A stretch of DNA of 64,000 bases from Carpediemonas membranifera BICM. Its lineage: Eukaryota; Protista; Fornicata. The position numbers and the translations under genes were made by a program. Positions within the stretch are counted from its first letter, which is position 1, and every line of letters starts with the position of its first letter. Below, in pieces: positions 41,474 to 52,700 of the stretch. The notes under the pieces are model-generated. The model did no database searches. It saw only the letters and a list, made by a program, of their open reading frames with translations, and was not told the origin of the DNA. Where the stretch lies: NCBI GenBank assembly GCA_019828565.1, contig JAHDYR010000012.1, forward strand, positions 310,001 through 374,000, written 5' to 3'.

Positions 41474-42787
41474 TCACCCCAATACGAGCCAGGCCGTCCA
41501 CATCATGGCCTGCTTAGCTAAGAACCGCGCCTTCCCCCAGCCCCACGCCCACAGCGGCGCTAGCCACTCCACCAGTGCCAGGATGCTGTGGTATACCAGC
41601 ATAATGAGGGCGGTGCGGCCCCACCCGGCATGCATGGGGTCGAATTTTGTGTTGATCGCGCCAGTCAAGAAGTTTGCCATCATGAAGACGTACAGCTGGT
41701 GTTTGCCGATCTGGGCGATGGTGAAGGACCAGCAGCCCTTCCTCCGCCTGCAGTCGGCCATCATGAGAATCGCCAGAGACATCAGCATCGTCGCCAGCTG
41801 CAGCAGCCCGTACGAGGGCGACCCCAACTGTCGGGACGGAGGGCTCAGCCAGACGGAGAGGAGGGCGACCACGGAGGCCGTGCGGGCGTAGGAGCGGGCC
41901 CGTGCGGTGTAATCCCGGACCGGGGTCGACTTGATGTCATCCCCGACGATCTCGGCGAAGAGGATGATGGGCAGGCTGCCGAGCACGCAGAGGAAGAACT
42001 CCGCGTTGATGGCGAGCAGGCCCGTGCGGCGTCCGTTGAAGACCCACGGCGCCAGGCCTGTGCACTGAATGGCATACTCATGGAGAGTCATGACGACGCC
42101 GAGCACGGCCACGAGGGCACGCTGGTCGATGTCTAGGATCTGCCGGACCATGCGGACAATGGCGATGATGAGGAAGAAGTTGCCGTGTCGGCCGTACTCG
42201 GAGAGCGGTTGGTAGTAGCCACCGACGACGACAATGTACAGCCGCACAAGCCCCCAGAACCAAAGCTGCCTCAGCCCCACAAAGGTCCGCCAGAGACGGG
42301 TGAAGTAGTTGCCCTTCGGCCTATGTCTGACGATGCCGTTGGCGCATGTGAAGAGGCCGACGCCGATGTCCATGAGAGCGTAGCCGTAGCCCTCGGACTT
42401 GTGGTTGCCGTAGGGGAAGTTGTAGTGGTCTGCGGCGGTGATGAGGGTGACTACGATGAGCATGAGGTTGGACCGGAACATGGTGACCACCCATGGGCGT
42501 TGGTCCGGCTTTGGGTAGAGACGCCGCTGGGAACGCTGGGTGATGGCGAGGAAGGAGACGAAAAGGCCGCCGAAAACAATGAATGAAAGCTCAACTGACA
42601 GGAAACCAATGCAGGCGACAGATGCCTGGAAGAGAACAAACTCTAGCAGAAAGCGAACAATGATCAGGTTAGATATTGGCGCCACGAGGGTGTGAAAGAT
42701 GCCATTTAAGAGCGGTATGGATAGGAAGTTTGCTGTGCTTGCTGTCCACTCGAAGGACCGTGGATCAAAGGTCACTGGTGGGAGCAT
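41474..42787 (-). CDS. PIGW: GPI inositol acyltransferase GWT1/PIG-W
   Basis: K.E.YG..LMDIGVG.F, Y....SEYG.H.NFF, SR.L and AN.LTG.IN motifs; multi-TM. Confidence 0.9.
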   Translation of the reverse strand: MLPPVTFDPRSFEWTASTANFLSIPLLNGIFHTLVAPISNLIIVRFLLEFVLFQASVACIGFLSVELSFIVFGGLFVSFLAITQRSQRRLYPKPDQRPWVVTMFRSNLMLIVVTLITAADHYNFPYGNHKSEGYGYALMDIGVGLFTCANGIVRHRPKGNYFTRLWRTFVGLRQLWFWGLVRLYIVVVGGYYQPLSEYGRHGNFFLIIAIVRMVRQILDIDQRALVAVLGVVMTLHEYAIQCTGLAPWVFNGRRTGLLAINAEFFLCVLGSLPIILFAEIVGDDIKSTPVRDYTARARSYARTASVVALLSVWLSPPSRQLGSPSYGLLQLATMLMSLAILMMADCRRRKGCWSFTIAQIGKHQLYVFMMANFLTGAINTKFDPMHAGWGRTALIMLVYHSILALVEWLAPLWAWGWGKARFLAKQAMMWTAWLVLG

Positions 42788-42830
42788 ATCGTGTCATCGG
42801 CAAACCTGCACCTCGCCTAATCCCCGTCTG

Positions 42831-44564
42831 TTACCTCACCGGCGTGTTGAACGCCGACGGTACCTGTGCCGCGGTCAGCACCCGGTTGCCCCTGGTGCTG
42901 CCGGGGCGCCACACCGAGGCGGACTCCGTGGGCATGGCGGTCTCATCGTCTAGACCAGGCGTCATGGGGGGACTCCGCGCAATGTCGGCCTCGATCTCCG
43001 CCTCGTCCAGGTTGACACTTGAATCGAGACGGGGCCTCTTGATCTCGTTCGTGGTGATCTTGAGCTTCGTCTGGAACAGGTTCCTCGGGTTAACGTGCGC
43101 CATGTCTCGCCGACTGTCGCCCGTCACCATCTTGTTCTTGGGTGTGCACTGTGCCAGCGTGGGCTTGAGGCGGCTCCCCTCGTCGCACGACTCGATGAAC
43201 TTGGCTGCGGCAGATCTGACACTATCCCGGACAAGCTGATCATTCGATGAGGTCAAGATCTGTACAACGACCTCCTGGAACTGCCCCGGGATGACGAGGG
43301 ACACCTGCTCGCCCTTAAGTCTGAAGGGCTCGTGTTGTGACCATGACCAGAACAACATGTGGTTGACGGGGTTCTGCTCCTTCATCGCCATGTCAAGCTT
43401 GGTCTTCGTGACATACACGATGGCAGAGGGCACCGGGCTCCCGTCTGCAATGGACGTCTTCACGATGCCGTCGACGATCTCGGCCTCAGTCATCTGGGAC
43501 AGGGCTGTGCTGCCCTTGGACTTGACTCCCACGGTCACCTCGAGCACGGAGAAGTACAGCTGACGCCGCCGCACCTTCGCGAGGATGACCTGAGCCTTGG
43601 CCATGCCCGCGTCGCCTGTGGGGTTGGGGTGCCGCTCGATGTCCCTCACGATGCAGTCGGTCATCGTTGAGTACGTTCCGATGTCCATGGCGCCCTCAGT
43701 CAGCCGCATCACCTTGTCCGCGGCCTTGAATGCGTCCATGAGCATCGTGTCGATGACCTTCACGACCCCGTGGGTGTAAACCTGCCGGAACAGCGAGTAC
43801 CGCATGTGGTAGACCTGGAAAGCGTCCCAGGCCACCTTGTGGTGGTAGCAGATAGGCGACCACTGGTTGCTACTCTCGGGGAAGACCCTAGCATGCTCCA
43901 GTAGCCTCGTAGTGTTGGGCGTCTGGCGGATGTTGAGACTGTACGCGTCCCGGGCGAGGTAGTCGAGCTTATCCACGTCCAGCGAGTTCGTCTGGTTTGC
44001 TACGATGTCGAACAGGAACCGCTTCTCGTTAGGTGCGTCTTCGATGTTGCCCTTGATCAGCGTCTGCACGAACTTCACGTCCGCACCCGTGTTCTCCACG
44101 CGGTCCCACAGATTGTTCTCCGTCAGCAGCCGGTCCAGAAGAAGGCCAGAACAGCGCTCGTGCGACCATTTGGGGTCCCGTCGCCTCATGAACTGGTCAA
44201 AGAGGTGCGAGTACGGCCCATGCCCCAGATCATGGGTCAGTCCGGCCAGGGTGACGCACTCCATGTCCCTGGTGTTGATCTCGAGCTCGGGCTGGCGGGA
44301 CTGGAGGCCCTCGAGCGCCTTCTTCGCGAGGTGGTAGACACCAAGGCTGTGGGAGAAGCGAGTATGGTCTGCGCTGGGGAATACATAGCATGTGGACCCT
44401 AGTTGGCGTAGATCCCGTAAGCGTTGGAACTCAGGAGTGTCTATTACGTTCACAGCGAAGGGAGAGAGCTCAATCAGCTCGTGAATGGGATCGCTGACCA
44501 TCTTCTTCCTGCTGGCCTTGAGAACAGACTGCTGCGAGGCGAGAAAGCGATGCCCAGTGTCCAT
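42831..44564 (-). CDS. SAMHD1-like HD-domain dNTP triphosphohydrolase (no SAM domain)
   Basis: DPIH, IDTPEFQRLRDLRQLG, HTRFSHSLG, HDLGHGPYSH, DVDKLDY. Confidence 0.9.
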   Translation of the reverse strand: MDTGHRFLASQQSVLKASRKKMVSDPIHELIELSPFAVNVIDTPEFQRLRDLRQLGSTCYVFPSADHTRFSHSLGVYHLAKKALEGLQSRQPELEINTRDMECVTLAGLTHDLGHGPYSHLFDQFMRRRDPKWSHERCSGLLLDRLLTENNLWDRVENTGADVKFVQTLIKGNIEDAPNEKRFLFDIVANQTNSLDVDKLDYLARDAYSLNIRQTPNTTRLLEHARVFPESSNQWSPICYHHKVAWDAFQVYHMRYSLFRQVYTHGVVKVIDTMLMDAFKAADKVMRLTEGAMDIGTYSTMTDCIVRDIERHPNPTGDAGMAKAQVILAKVRRRQLYFSVLEVTVGVKSKGSTALSQMTEAEIVDGIVKTSIADGSPVPSAIVYVTKTKLDMAMKEQNPVNHMLFWSWSQHEPFRLKGEQVSLVIPGQFQEVVVQILTSSNDQLVRDSVRSAAAKFIESCDEGSRLKPTLAQCTPKNKMVTGDSRRDMAHVNPRNLFQTKLKITTNEIKRPRLDSSVNLDEAEIEADIARSPPMTPGLDDETAMPTESASVWRPGSTRGNRVLTAAQVPSAFNTPVR

Positions 44565-44714
44565 AGCGTCTCGTTGGCGTCAATGGCTGTTTTCGCGCGT
44601 TCACTGCCGGTGCACTTTTGGACTCACGCCTTGTGGCCTGAAAGAGAGACTCTGGTAGCCCCTAGAGGGTCGACCATCTCATCCTTGCCATTGCCGTTGC
44701 CTCAGAGTAAGTTC

Positions 44715-45098
44715 TTACTCTTCCTTCTTTACTGTTGTGACCTTGGGCAGGTTGACCTCCTTCTTGGCTGTGGTGTCAGCTGCCTCGAGCTTCACAAGCT
44801 TCTCTTCCACTCGCTTAGCCTCAAGTGAAGCAATGCGCTCGTGGAATCTCTCCTCGAACTCGCGGGAGTTCTGAATACGGAGACTCTGGTAGTGCTCCTT
44901 GTGGCGCTTGAAGTGAAGATCACACTTGACCTCTACGCCCTTGATGGAGAGGCGCCAACGATTGTACAGGTGATCGTCCGTCTCCACGTTCTCACACAGA
45001 AGACGGGACTGGGGATCGATGTCCTTTGCAATCGCCAATAGAATAGCAGAAAGGTCGGAAACATCCCCCTGATGAACTAGATGCTTTGGTTTTGGCAT
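44715..45098 (-). CDS. Hypothetical protein, ~127 aa
   Basis: ORF from MPKPKH with coding-like codon usage; no family recognised. Confidence 0.55.
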   Translation of the reverse strand: MPKPKHLVHQGDVSDLSAILLAIAKDIDPQSRLLCENVETDDHLYNRWRLSIKGVEVKCDLHFKRHKEHYQSLRIQNSREFEERFHERIASLEAKRVEEKLVKLEAADTTAKKEVNLPKVTTVKKEE

Positions 45099-45184
45099 TG
45101 GTAGTATCTCGTATTGTGTCAATTGTCGGCAGTTTTAGGTTAGGTCCAATCTCGCGGTCTTCCTTGCAGAGGGTAACAGCTGGG

Positions 45185-45265
45185 TCTGTCAGGTCAGCGA
45201 GCATATCACTACCGAGGCCACACATCCATGGTATACAGTAGTACGAGAGCTGCATCATCAACAGA
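45185..45265 (-). ncRNA. Candidate C/D box snoRNA with guide antisense to the sarcin-ricin loop
   Basis: TGATGA (45255-60), guide CTCTCGTACTA (45239-49) followed by D'-like CTGT, CTGA (45189-92), tctg/caga terminal stem; intergenic. Confidence 0.5.
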
Positions 45266-45402
45266 GTGCTTCAGAGTCAAGCGTTTAATACTGCAATACA
45301 AAGTCTTCATGGGCCCTCTGGCCCTGCCCGACATCTGGCTGGCCTCGTCACTGCACCACCCGGCCACTGTGCCTAATCTTTTGATGAGTGCCCAGTGGCA
45401 GC

Positions 45403-45726
45403 TTACCACAGGGACAAGCTTTCGCAGATGCGGATGAGGGTCGCTGGGATGGCGCCCTCCATCCTGTACTTCACGACGCCATCGAGGAAACCGAGGGCCA
45501 CGGGGGTGACGGCGACCTCATGTTCGTCGGCGAACCGGCCGCACGATGCAACGTCTACGAACACCACACGGACGCGGATGGGGAGGCGGCGTGAAGACTC
45601 CTCTCTTAAGAGCTCCACAAGCACTTGAGAAGGGCCACAGTGCGCTGCTGTGAAGATCAGGACAACGGTGTGGCTGTGAGCGACAATATCACGAGCTTCA
45701 GCTTCAGATACAACGATATGAACCAT
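45403..45726 (-). CDS. Thioredoxin-fold protein with a monothiol HCGPS site, 107 aa
   Basis: VVLIFTAAHCGPS, FVDV, V..TP..F..G and EGA thioredoxin pattern. Confidence 0.75.
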   Translation of the reverse strand: MVHIVVSEAEARDIVAHSHTVVLIFTAAHCGPSQVLVELLREESSRRLPIRVRVVFVDVASCGRFADEHEVAVTPVALGFLDGVVKYRMEGAIPATLIRICESLSLW

Positions 45727-45911
45727 ATTTGCTGCAGTAGTTGCTGAGATCGTGTGCACGGCTCACGATTCTCAGTCGACAGATCGTCGTTCGACTCGAC
45801 TCAAAAGCAGTTTCTGCCGCGTCTCCCGCACGATTGGGGCACAGCCATGGAAGAAGGACGTGTGCCCCCGCCGCTAGCCATACTAGAGTTTATATCATAC
45901 ACCAATGCTTC

Positions 45912-46910
45912 CTAGCACTGCGACGGATCCTTATCCAGGGTCATGCCCTCCACCTCCTTGAGCAGCTGGCTCGCATACTCCCTCAGCTGCAGCTGGAAGA
46001 ACTTGCGACGGAGCATCGCCAGCCGCGCCTCCTGCGGTGTCGCGTCAGGCCCGGCCGGGGGCGGGGGCGGGATTCCGACGAACAGCGACGCCCACTGCCC
46101 CCCGCTGTCCGCTGTGCGTGCCTTGCCGGGCCTCGGCTGCTCAGCCTCGCTCAGCCGCTGGGTGTGGCTCAGCTTGGGCGTTCTCTCCTTCACCATGCTC
46201 TGCTGGGCTTGGCGCCGCAGGTTCTCGTGCACAGTTGACTCGGTGCGAGTCAGCGAGGCGACCGTTGGCTGCAGATAGGGCGCGTGCGGGTTGATCTTTG
46301 CTGGTACTTTCTTCTTGGGCCGCGGGGGGACGTCTGGTCTCGTCTTGGCAGCTCCCGACTTCGTCTGCTGCATGAAGGATGGAACCTCGGGCGGCGTCGC
46401 GTCTGCCGGCCTCAGCGCCTGGTATACGGGGATGAGTCTCTCAGGCAGCCTAGAGAGCACGGCGTCCCTCACTGCGAGGTACAGCTGGTCCGTCTTGCCC
46501 TCTTCGACGTAATACTGCACGTCGAGACAGGGGTACGTCTCCCCAGGCTCGGGGAGGATGGCCGGAGGCAGCTCCTCGTCCACATGCTCCTCGTGCGATG
46601 CATGTGCCTCACCCTTGAGTGCAAGGGCGTATTCCTTCCAAGTCTTCGGGCCAGTGGGCGTGTTGGGGGCCTCGTCCGCATACATCACATCGGGATTCAT
46701 CTCCTCTGCCTTGAGCTCAGAGAGGATGTTCAACAGACGGTTGCGGCGCTCAAGGTCGTCTTCATTGTTCAGTTTTCCAATAGATGGCGACGATGGCTCT
46801 TGCAGGCCAATGGACGAACTCCGCAGATCCTCATGGCCACTACGGAGATTCTGCGCCCAGTGATCGGGCTGGAACGGCCGCTCTGGTGACGTTAGCGACA
46901 CCGCACTCAT
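45912..46910 (-). CDS. Hypothetical protein, ~332 aa
   Basis: Long ORF, Pro-rich/disordered, with a YLQPTVAS motif. Confidence 0.65.
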   Translation of the reverse strand: MSAVSLTSPERPFQPDHWAQNLRSGHEDLRSSSIGLQEPSSPSIGKLNNEDDLERRNRLLNILSELKAEEMNPDVMYADEAPNTPTGPKTWKEYALALKGEAHASHEEHVDEELPPAILPEPGETYPCLDVQYYVEEGKTDQLYLAVRDAVLSRLPERLIPVYQALRPADATPPEVPSFMQQTKSGAAKTRPDVPPRPKKKVPAKINPHAPYLQPTVASLTRTESTVHENLRRQAQQSMVKERTPKLSHTQRLSEAEQPRPGKARTADSGGQWASLFVGIPPPPPAGPDATPQEARLAMLRRKFFQLQLREYASQLLKEVEGMTLDKDPSQC

Positions 46911-47070
46911 CTTTCTTCCGAAGAATCGCAGGTTACGGCACCACGCCTGTGCTATTGACAATGTGTTTATACTGCGCAACAACGCCGCCCCTCAGAAGGT
47001 CCAATCACGTGTAAATTCTGCCCAATACCGGCCGTGCTGCTGGTTTATGTCAATCATACATGCCCCAGCC

Positions 47071-49336
47071 CTACTTCCGCTTCCCCATGGTCTCGAGATA
47101 CCCGGTGACCTCCGACGCCAGCGTCTTCACATAGGCATCCACCGTCATCGCCGGGATCTCCACCAGCGCCCTGTCGAGGAAGTCCCTGTTCAGCCCGGTC
47201 ACTGCGGCCTCCAGCGCCTGTGCCGCCTCGAACACCAGCTGCGGCACTCTGGCACTGACTGCCTGCTCCGCCCTGGCAGCCAGGTAGACCCTCGCCCGCT
47301 CACCCGTGGCCACGACGAGGGCCAGCGGCTTCTCCAGCTCAGCAGTGTCGGCCTTGTTTCGCTTGGCCCGGCACAGCATGGCGTCCAGCGCCACAAGGGC
47401 GATGCGGCGGAGGGCGACGTGTGACTCGGCGAAGTGGGGTGGAATCATGTCGTTGGTGACGCCGACAGAGACGTGGGCGACCCAGAGGCCCGACTGGGCG
47501 CTGACCCCCCGCACGGCGGTCACCCCCGCGGTGAAGGACCGCTCCCAATGGCGGGTTATGACGTCGAGGCGGTCTGGGTCGGGTCGCCCCCCGCGAACGG
47601 CCGGTATGTTCCTGATCTTCTTCGAGATGAGCATGATGTTCTCCACGTCGAGGTTCCGCCTGAGCTCACTGGCCACCTGGCCCCCCAGCCCATTGTTGAC
47701 GCTGCCGGGGTCAATGAGGTACGCAGCCCACAAAAACATGGCGGCCTCCACGGCGGTCAGGCTGCGGGTCTCGTGCTTGGCCTCCAGCGTGCTGGCGACA
47801 GCGGGCAGCACCCCGGCGTACGAGGTGATGTTCACGGGGCGGGGGTCGTCTGGCCCCCAGTGGTGCTGCTGGTGGCACCGCATGAACAGCATCCGCTTCT
47901 TTGCCTTATTCTGCGCATTTTGGTTCATGAGTGCGATGTCAACGGCGCTCTTGGCGACACGCCCGTTGTCCTGGTTGGCCTCCAGCCACGTTAGCTTGTG
48001 GGTGTTCGAGGTCGACCGCTCGAACCCGAGCTCCACGCCGAGGAACTCGCCCACCTCTCTGTCGACGGCCGTGTCGATGTTGTCCGTCGACCCGATCGCC
48101 CTCGCCCAGACCCCAGCGTAGGCGGGGGAGAGGCGGAACGCGTCCCACGCCACCAGGCGGGACCACAGGAAGAGCACAGGCGCCTCTGCGGGGGCGAGCC
48201 GCTTGTCAGGGAGCGGTGCCCTGTGCAAGGCGGTCAAGTCGGGCACGGCGTCTCGACTCAGCCGGACTCGGCGGGTGGTGTTGCCGACCCGACTGAAGCC
48301 CGTGACCGGGTCGGCAGGGGCTGAAACTGCGGGCTGCCAGCGGTTGTCGGCCTGCAGATTGGCCTGGATCAGGCGATATTCGTCGATACTTGCCAGGCGG
48401 CCGTCCAGCAGGGCGGCGAATGACCCGATGGCGGCGTGCCACAGCACGCTCGGCCCGACGCTGCTCGACCCACTCAGAATTCCGAGGCCCTCAGCCAGAC
48501 GGTATGCCAGCACCGAGGCGGGGGTGGCCGCCCTCTGCTCCGCGTTGTACGCCTCGAGTGCGGCAGGGACGGGGCTCTGTCTCCTGCTCCGCTGGGACGC
48601 GACGAAGGCGTCCAGGGTCTCCTGTGCGAGGCGGCCGGCCCACTCGCCGCGGTCCGGGGGCGCCCGGGCGCGCTTGCCCTTGCTGCCCTTGGACACGCCG
48701 TCGCCGTCCTCCAGCTCCTCCTCGTCCTCCTCGCCCTCTTCCTCCTCATCCTCGTCGTCTATTCCGGCGTCGTCGCCCCCCAGAACCCGCCGGAGAGCCC
48801 GCAGCTTGGTCATCGTCACCTTGTCTGCCAGACAGATCACCGCATCGTTGGCAATGTTGTTCAGCAGCAACGGGCCCGCACTGTCGAGCACGAGGCACAC
48901 AGGGTGATGGGTGAAGAGCTCGACCGGATCCATTTCCTCCGCCCCGTCGACCGTGCCCGCCAGGTACTCCTCCATGAGAGCGGGCAGGTTCATCCGGCCT
49001 CCACAGTTCAGGAAGACAAAGATGTCCGTGGGGTCTCGGGTCAGCGTCCTCAGGCTGTTGGCGAGCTCAGTCCTGGTGCGAGGGTAGTAGCGGTGCTCGC
49101 CATTGAACTCCTGGTGATGGGTGTTCAGGAAGTACTGCTTGAGCATTTTCTGGGTTAGTGGTGCGAGTGGTACTTACGATGACGCTTCCATATGCACAGA
49201 GGGAGTCCACGCCGTCGAACATGAAGAAGTACAGCTTGCGGAAGGCGGTAGGGATTATATTTCGATTAGGGTGCGCTAACGCTGTTTGTAAAGCTATTTG
49301 GATCTTGACGGGCTCCTCTATGTCCACAATCACCAT
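47071..49336 (-). CDS. CDC45: Cell division control protein 45 (CMG helicase subunit), divergent; intron 49150-49177
   Basis: DGVDSLCA..VI/KML, FLNCGG..NL, VLDS..P..LNNI, acidic insert, S.LAY.LA, LWHAAIG. 28-nt GTAAGT...ACTAACCCAG intron. Confidence 0.85.
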
Positions 49337-49405
49337 CAAACGAAGACCGCGCCAAAGACGTTGAAGAAAAGGGCAGGATTAGACATTTGGCCGTTGCACT
49401 CGCTG

Positions 49406-49756
49406 ATGGTAACTGCCGGGTCTACAACGCCTCCACGGGGGCGACTGACCCCTCCTTCTAACCCTCTTCGACTTGAACAGATTGCCGGGCGCGGTGATCA
49501 GTGGCGAGATGCAGTGCGAGTGTGTGAGACGTCAGTATCGGACCCCGGTGCGCTGCTGATTGGCTCGACTTTGGCGAGGCTGATTCATCGAGACGAGACC
49601 AAGGGTCAGGGTGATGGTTATATGGATGGTCGGATAAGACCTGGCGTCGTCAACCCAGAAGCAGCTGCGCTGTCTGAACCACCAGAGAGGCCAATTCCGC
49701 CCACGTGTGAGTCTCCCATTATCGACGGGTGTCGAGCCAAGATGAATATTGTTTAG
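49406..49756 (+). CDS. Possible small hypothetical protein, 116 aa
   Basis: ATG-started ORF filling an otherwise long intergenic gap, divergent from CDC45; no motifs. Confidence 0.3.
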   Translation: MVTAGSTTPPRGRLTPPSNPLRLEQIAGRGDQWRDAVRVCETSVSDPGALLIGSTLARLIHRDETKGQGDGYMDGRIRPGVVNPEAAALSEPPERPIPPTCESPIIDGCRAKMNIV

Positions 49757-49799
49757 CGTAAGATGGTAGCATGCTGTTTCCATAGACATATCAAATCCC

Positions 49800-52700
49800 T
49801 CACTGCTGCGCCGCCCTTGACCGGGCAGCCTGCGCCTTCATCCTCATCCTCATCGCCAGAGTCCCGAGCTCTGCCATACCTGTCCCCCCCGCCCCGGGCC
49901 CGCTGCTAGTGACCGACGGGGCCCGCATCCGCTCCATCATGGCCTTGTGCTCCTTGTCGACCACAGCCCCGCCCTTGACGACGTCAGCCGCCGCCTTGAG
50001 GACGCCAATCTCCTCCTGCAGCTTGGCTATCTGCTGGGAGGCGTCGTAAAGCCGGCTCTCGCCCTTCTTGACCCGGTCGTCGAGGTCCTTGTTCTCCTGC
50101 GTCAGCCGTGCATTTTCCTGGTACATCTTTTGGGTCTTAGTCGCCAGGTCAGCGTTGCTCCCCGTTGCGGAGAGCACCAGGTCCTTCATGAACGTCAGAT
50201 CGTCGACCATGACAGCCTCTCTCTTCTCGAACTCCCGGATCTTGTCCGCTGCTTCCTTCTTCAGGCTCTCGTATGACGTCAGAAGGTCATCATACCGCCG
50301 GGCGAACGTCGCGCTCGAGTTGCTCAGCGTGGAGACCGTGCTGGCAACCTTCTGGATCTCCTCAACGGCTGCGGCGGCGTCCTGCTGGGCGAGTTTGGCC
50401 TGCGTCTCCGCGAGCTGGCCCTCGAGTCTGGCGATCTCATCTGCCGCCCGAGCCGACTCTCCTGTGCGGCCGTCGCGAAGCATGTCGACCTCCTTCTGGC
50501 TGGCGCTCAAGGCCTCCTCCAGCTCCTCGACCCGGCGTCGTGTGTCCTCGAGCTCGCGTTCCCTCTGCTGGATGGTCCGTTTCAGCGTCTCCACTGTGTC
50601 GCTCGAGACCATGCCGCGCTGCTCCCGTATAAGGTTGTCTGTGCTCGACTGGACGTTTCGGAGCTCTCGCTGGGCCTCGCGTGCCTCATCCGCGAGCTCC
50701 TCGATTTCGTCGTCCTTCTCGGCCAGACGGCGCTTGAGGTCGTCGCACTCGGCGAGCAGGCCGTCGTTGTCCCTGCGCAGGGCGACGGTCGACTCGACGA
50801 GACGCCGCACGGCCGCGTGGGTTGCCTGCCGGTCCTGCGCCAGCTGCGTCTCGACGCCAGAGGCGATGTCACCGACGACGCCGCCGACTGCAGCCTGGAC
50901 GGTGTCGCCGAGGTTCTCCTGCAGCGCATTCATGCGGGCCTGGAGGTCCGCGTGGCTCGCGATGAAGTCCCGGATCATGATGCGCGACTGCTTCACCTCG
51001 TCCTCGAGCTCACGCCGCGTGTCCTCGACGACGCCCGCGTCGCGCTCGGTGCTCTCGAGCTCCTGGGTCAGCTGCGTGACCTGGGCCTGCAGGCTGCGGT
51101 TCTCCTCGACCTTCTCGTTCAGCTCGCGCGAGAAGGCGTCGGCGTCCTCAGATGCGCTCCGGAGCGCCTCGACCTCCTGCTGCAGCGCATCCCGCTCGCC
51201 CTCAAGCTCCCGAACCCGCCCGTCCAGCTCAGAGAGCTCGTCGTGTGCCCTAGTCGTGTCTCTCTCGGCCTGCCCGACGGCCTTCCGCATCTCGTCGTTC
51301 TGTTCGAGCGCCATGGCCAGCTCCCGGTTCATGGCGATGACGCGCCGCTTGAGCTCATCGACAACCTCCTGGCTAGCCTCTCGGTCCGCCTGTGCCTCCG
51401 CGTCGAGCTGCTTCATGGCGTCCAACAGCGACTCGACGATTTCAGTCATTGCCTCTGGCTCCAACAGCTCTGTCTCGGCCACAGTCTCGGCCACCGCGTC
51501 GTGTAGCCGCTCCGACTCGTTGACCCACTGGACAGTCTCCCGGGCGTGGCCGCTCGACACTTGTTGCTCCGCCTCGAGGCGCTGCACCTTGGCCTCCATA
51601 TCCTCGAGCTCGTCCTTGGCGAGGGCGGTGTCCTTCTCGGCCTGCGAGACCACTGCGCGCATCTCGTCCATACGCTCGAAGGCGTCGGCCAGCTCCCGGT
51701 TGAGCTGGGTGACCTGAACCTTCAGCTCGGACACAACAGCCTCGTACTCATCCCGGTCGGCCTCGGCGTCGACGTCAACCTCTCTGGCAGCCTCCACGAG
51801 CTCCGTAACAACGTCCATCAGCGCACTTGGATCAACACCGTCCGCAGTAAGGCCAAGACCAGCGATGGCGCCATGGAACATCTCGCTATGGTGCATCGCG
51901 TCCTGTGCTGCGGTCGCATGGTCGTCAACCACGTGTCTGACGGCGTCGAGCTCCTTGCTGAGCTGCGCCACCTGCTCACGGAGCTCCCCGTTCTCTCTAG
52001 AATTCTGGTCCAGCTCTCGGGAGAAGGCGCTGGCGTCCTCGGATGCGTTCTTGAGCATCTCTACCTGCCGTACGAGGTCGTCTCGCTCGTCCTCAAGGTC
52101 GTGGGTGCGCTGGTCGAGGTTGGCCAGCTCGATCTGGGCGTTCAGGGTCTCCGCCTGCGCCTGTTCCACCGCCGCAGCGAGGCTTTCGCCGTGCTGGACC
52201 GATTCCGACAGCTCCTGCCCCACGCTGACGATGCTGTGCCGCAGCTCGGTCACGAGGTGTGAGTACTCGTCACGGTCCGCCTGCGCCTCCGCCTCCAGCT
52301 CCTGGATCGTGCCCGTCAGTACTCTCAGCGCGTCCGCCATGGCGCCGGGGTCGAGGCTGGTGGTGTCGGCGAGAGCGGTCGACACTGATTCCCGGAGTCG
52401 TTCAGAGTCGTCAAGATGCTCGGCCGTCACCAGGGCCTGGCTGGTCGAGACATGCTGCTCGGCCTCGAGCCAGCGCACCTTCTCCTCGAGCTCGGCGTGG
52501 GCCTGGGCGGTCTCGGTCTCGGCCTGGTATGCGACGGCCCGGAGCTCGTCGGCCTGCGACTGGGCGATGGCCTGCTCGCGGTTCAGCTCCGCGATCTGGG
52601 CGGTGAGCTCGCCGAGGATCGCCTGATACTCCTCGCGGTCGGCGTCGGCGTCCGCGTCGGCCTCCTTCGTCGTCTCGAGGAGCTCGTTGACGACGTCCAT

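Noticed and set aside
42831-44564. SAMHD1-like gene as a linked anti-retroelement defence locus
   Set aside because: It lies 22 kb from the elements among housekeeping genes; no evidence of functional linkage.
45198-45215. Plus-strand CGAGCATATCACTA-CCGA resembling a guide to the 18S 5' end (U27/snR74-like)
   Set aside because: No box C upstream on the plus strand, and it has mismatches to the consensus 18S.
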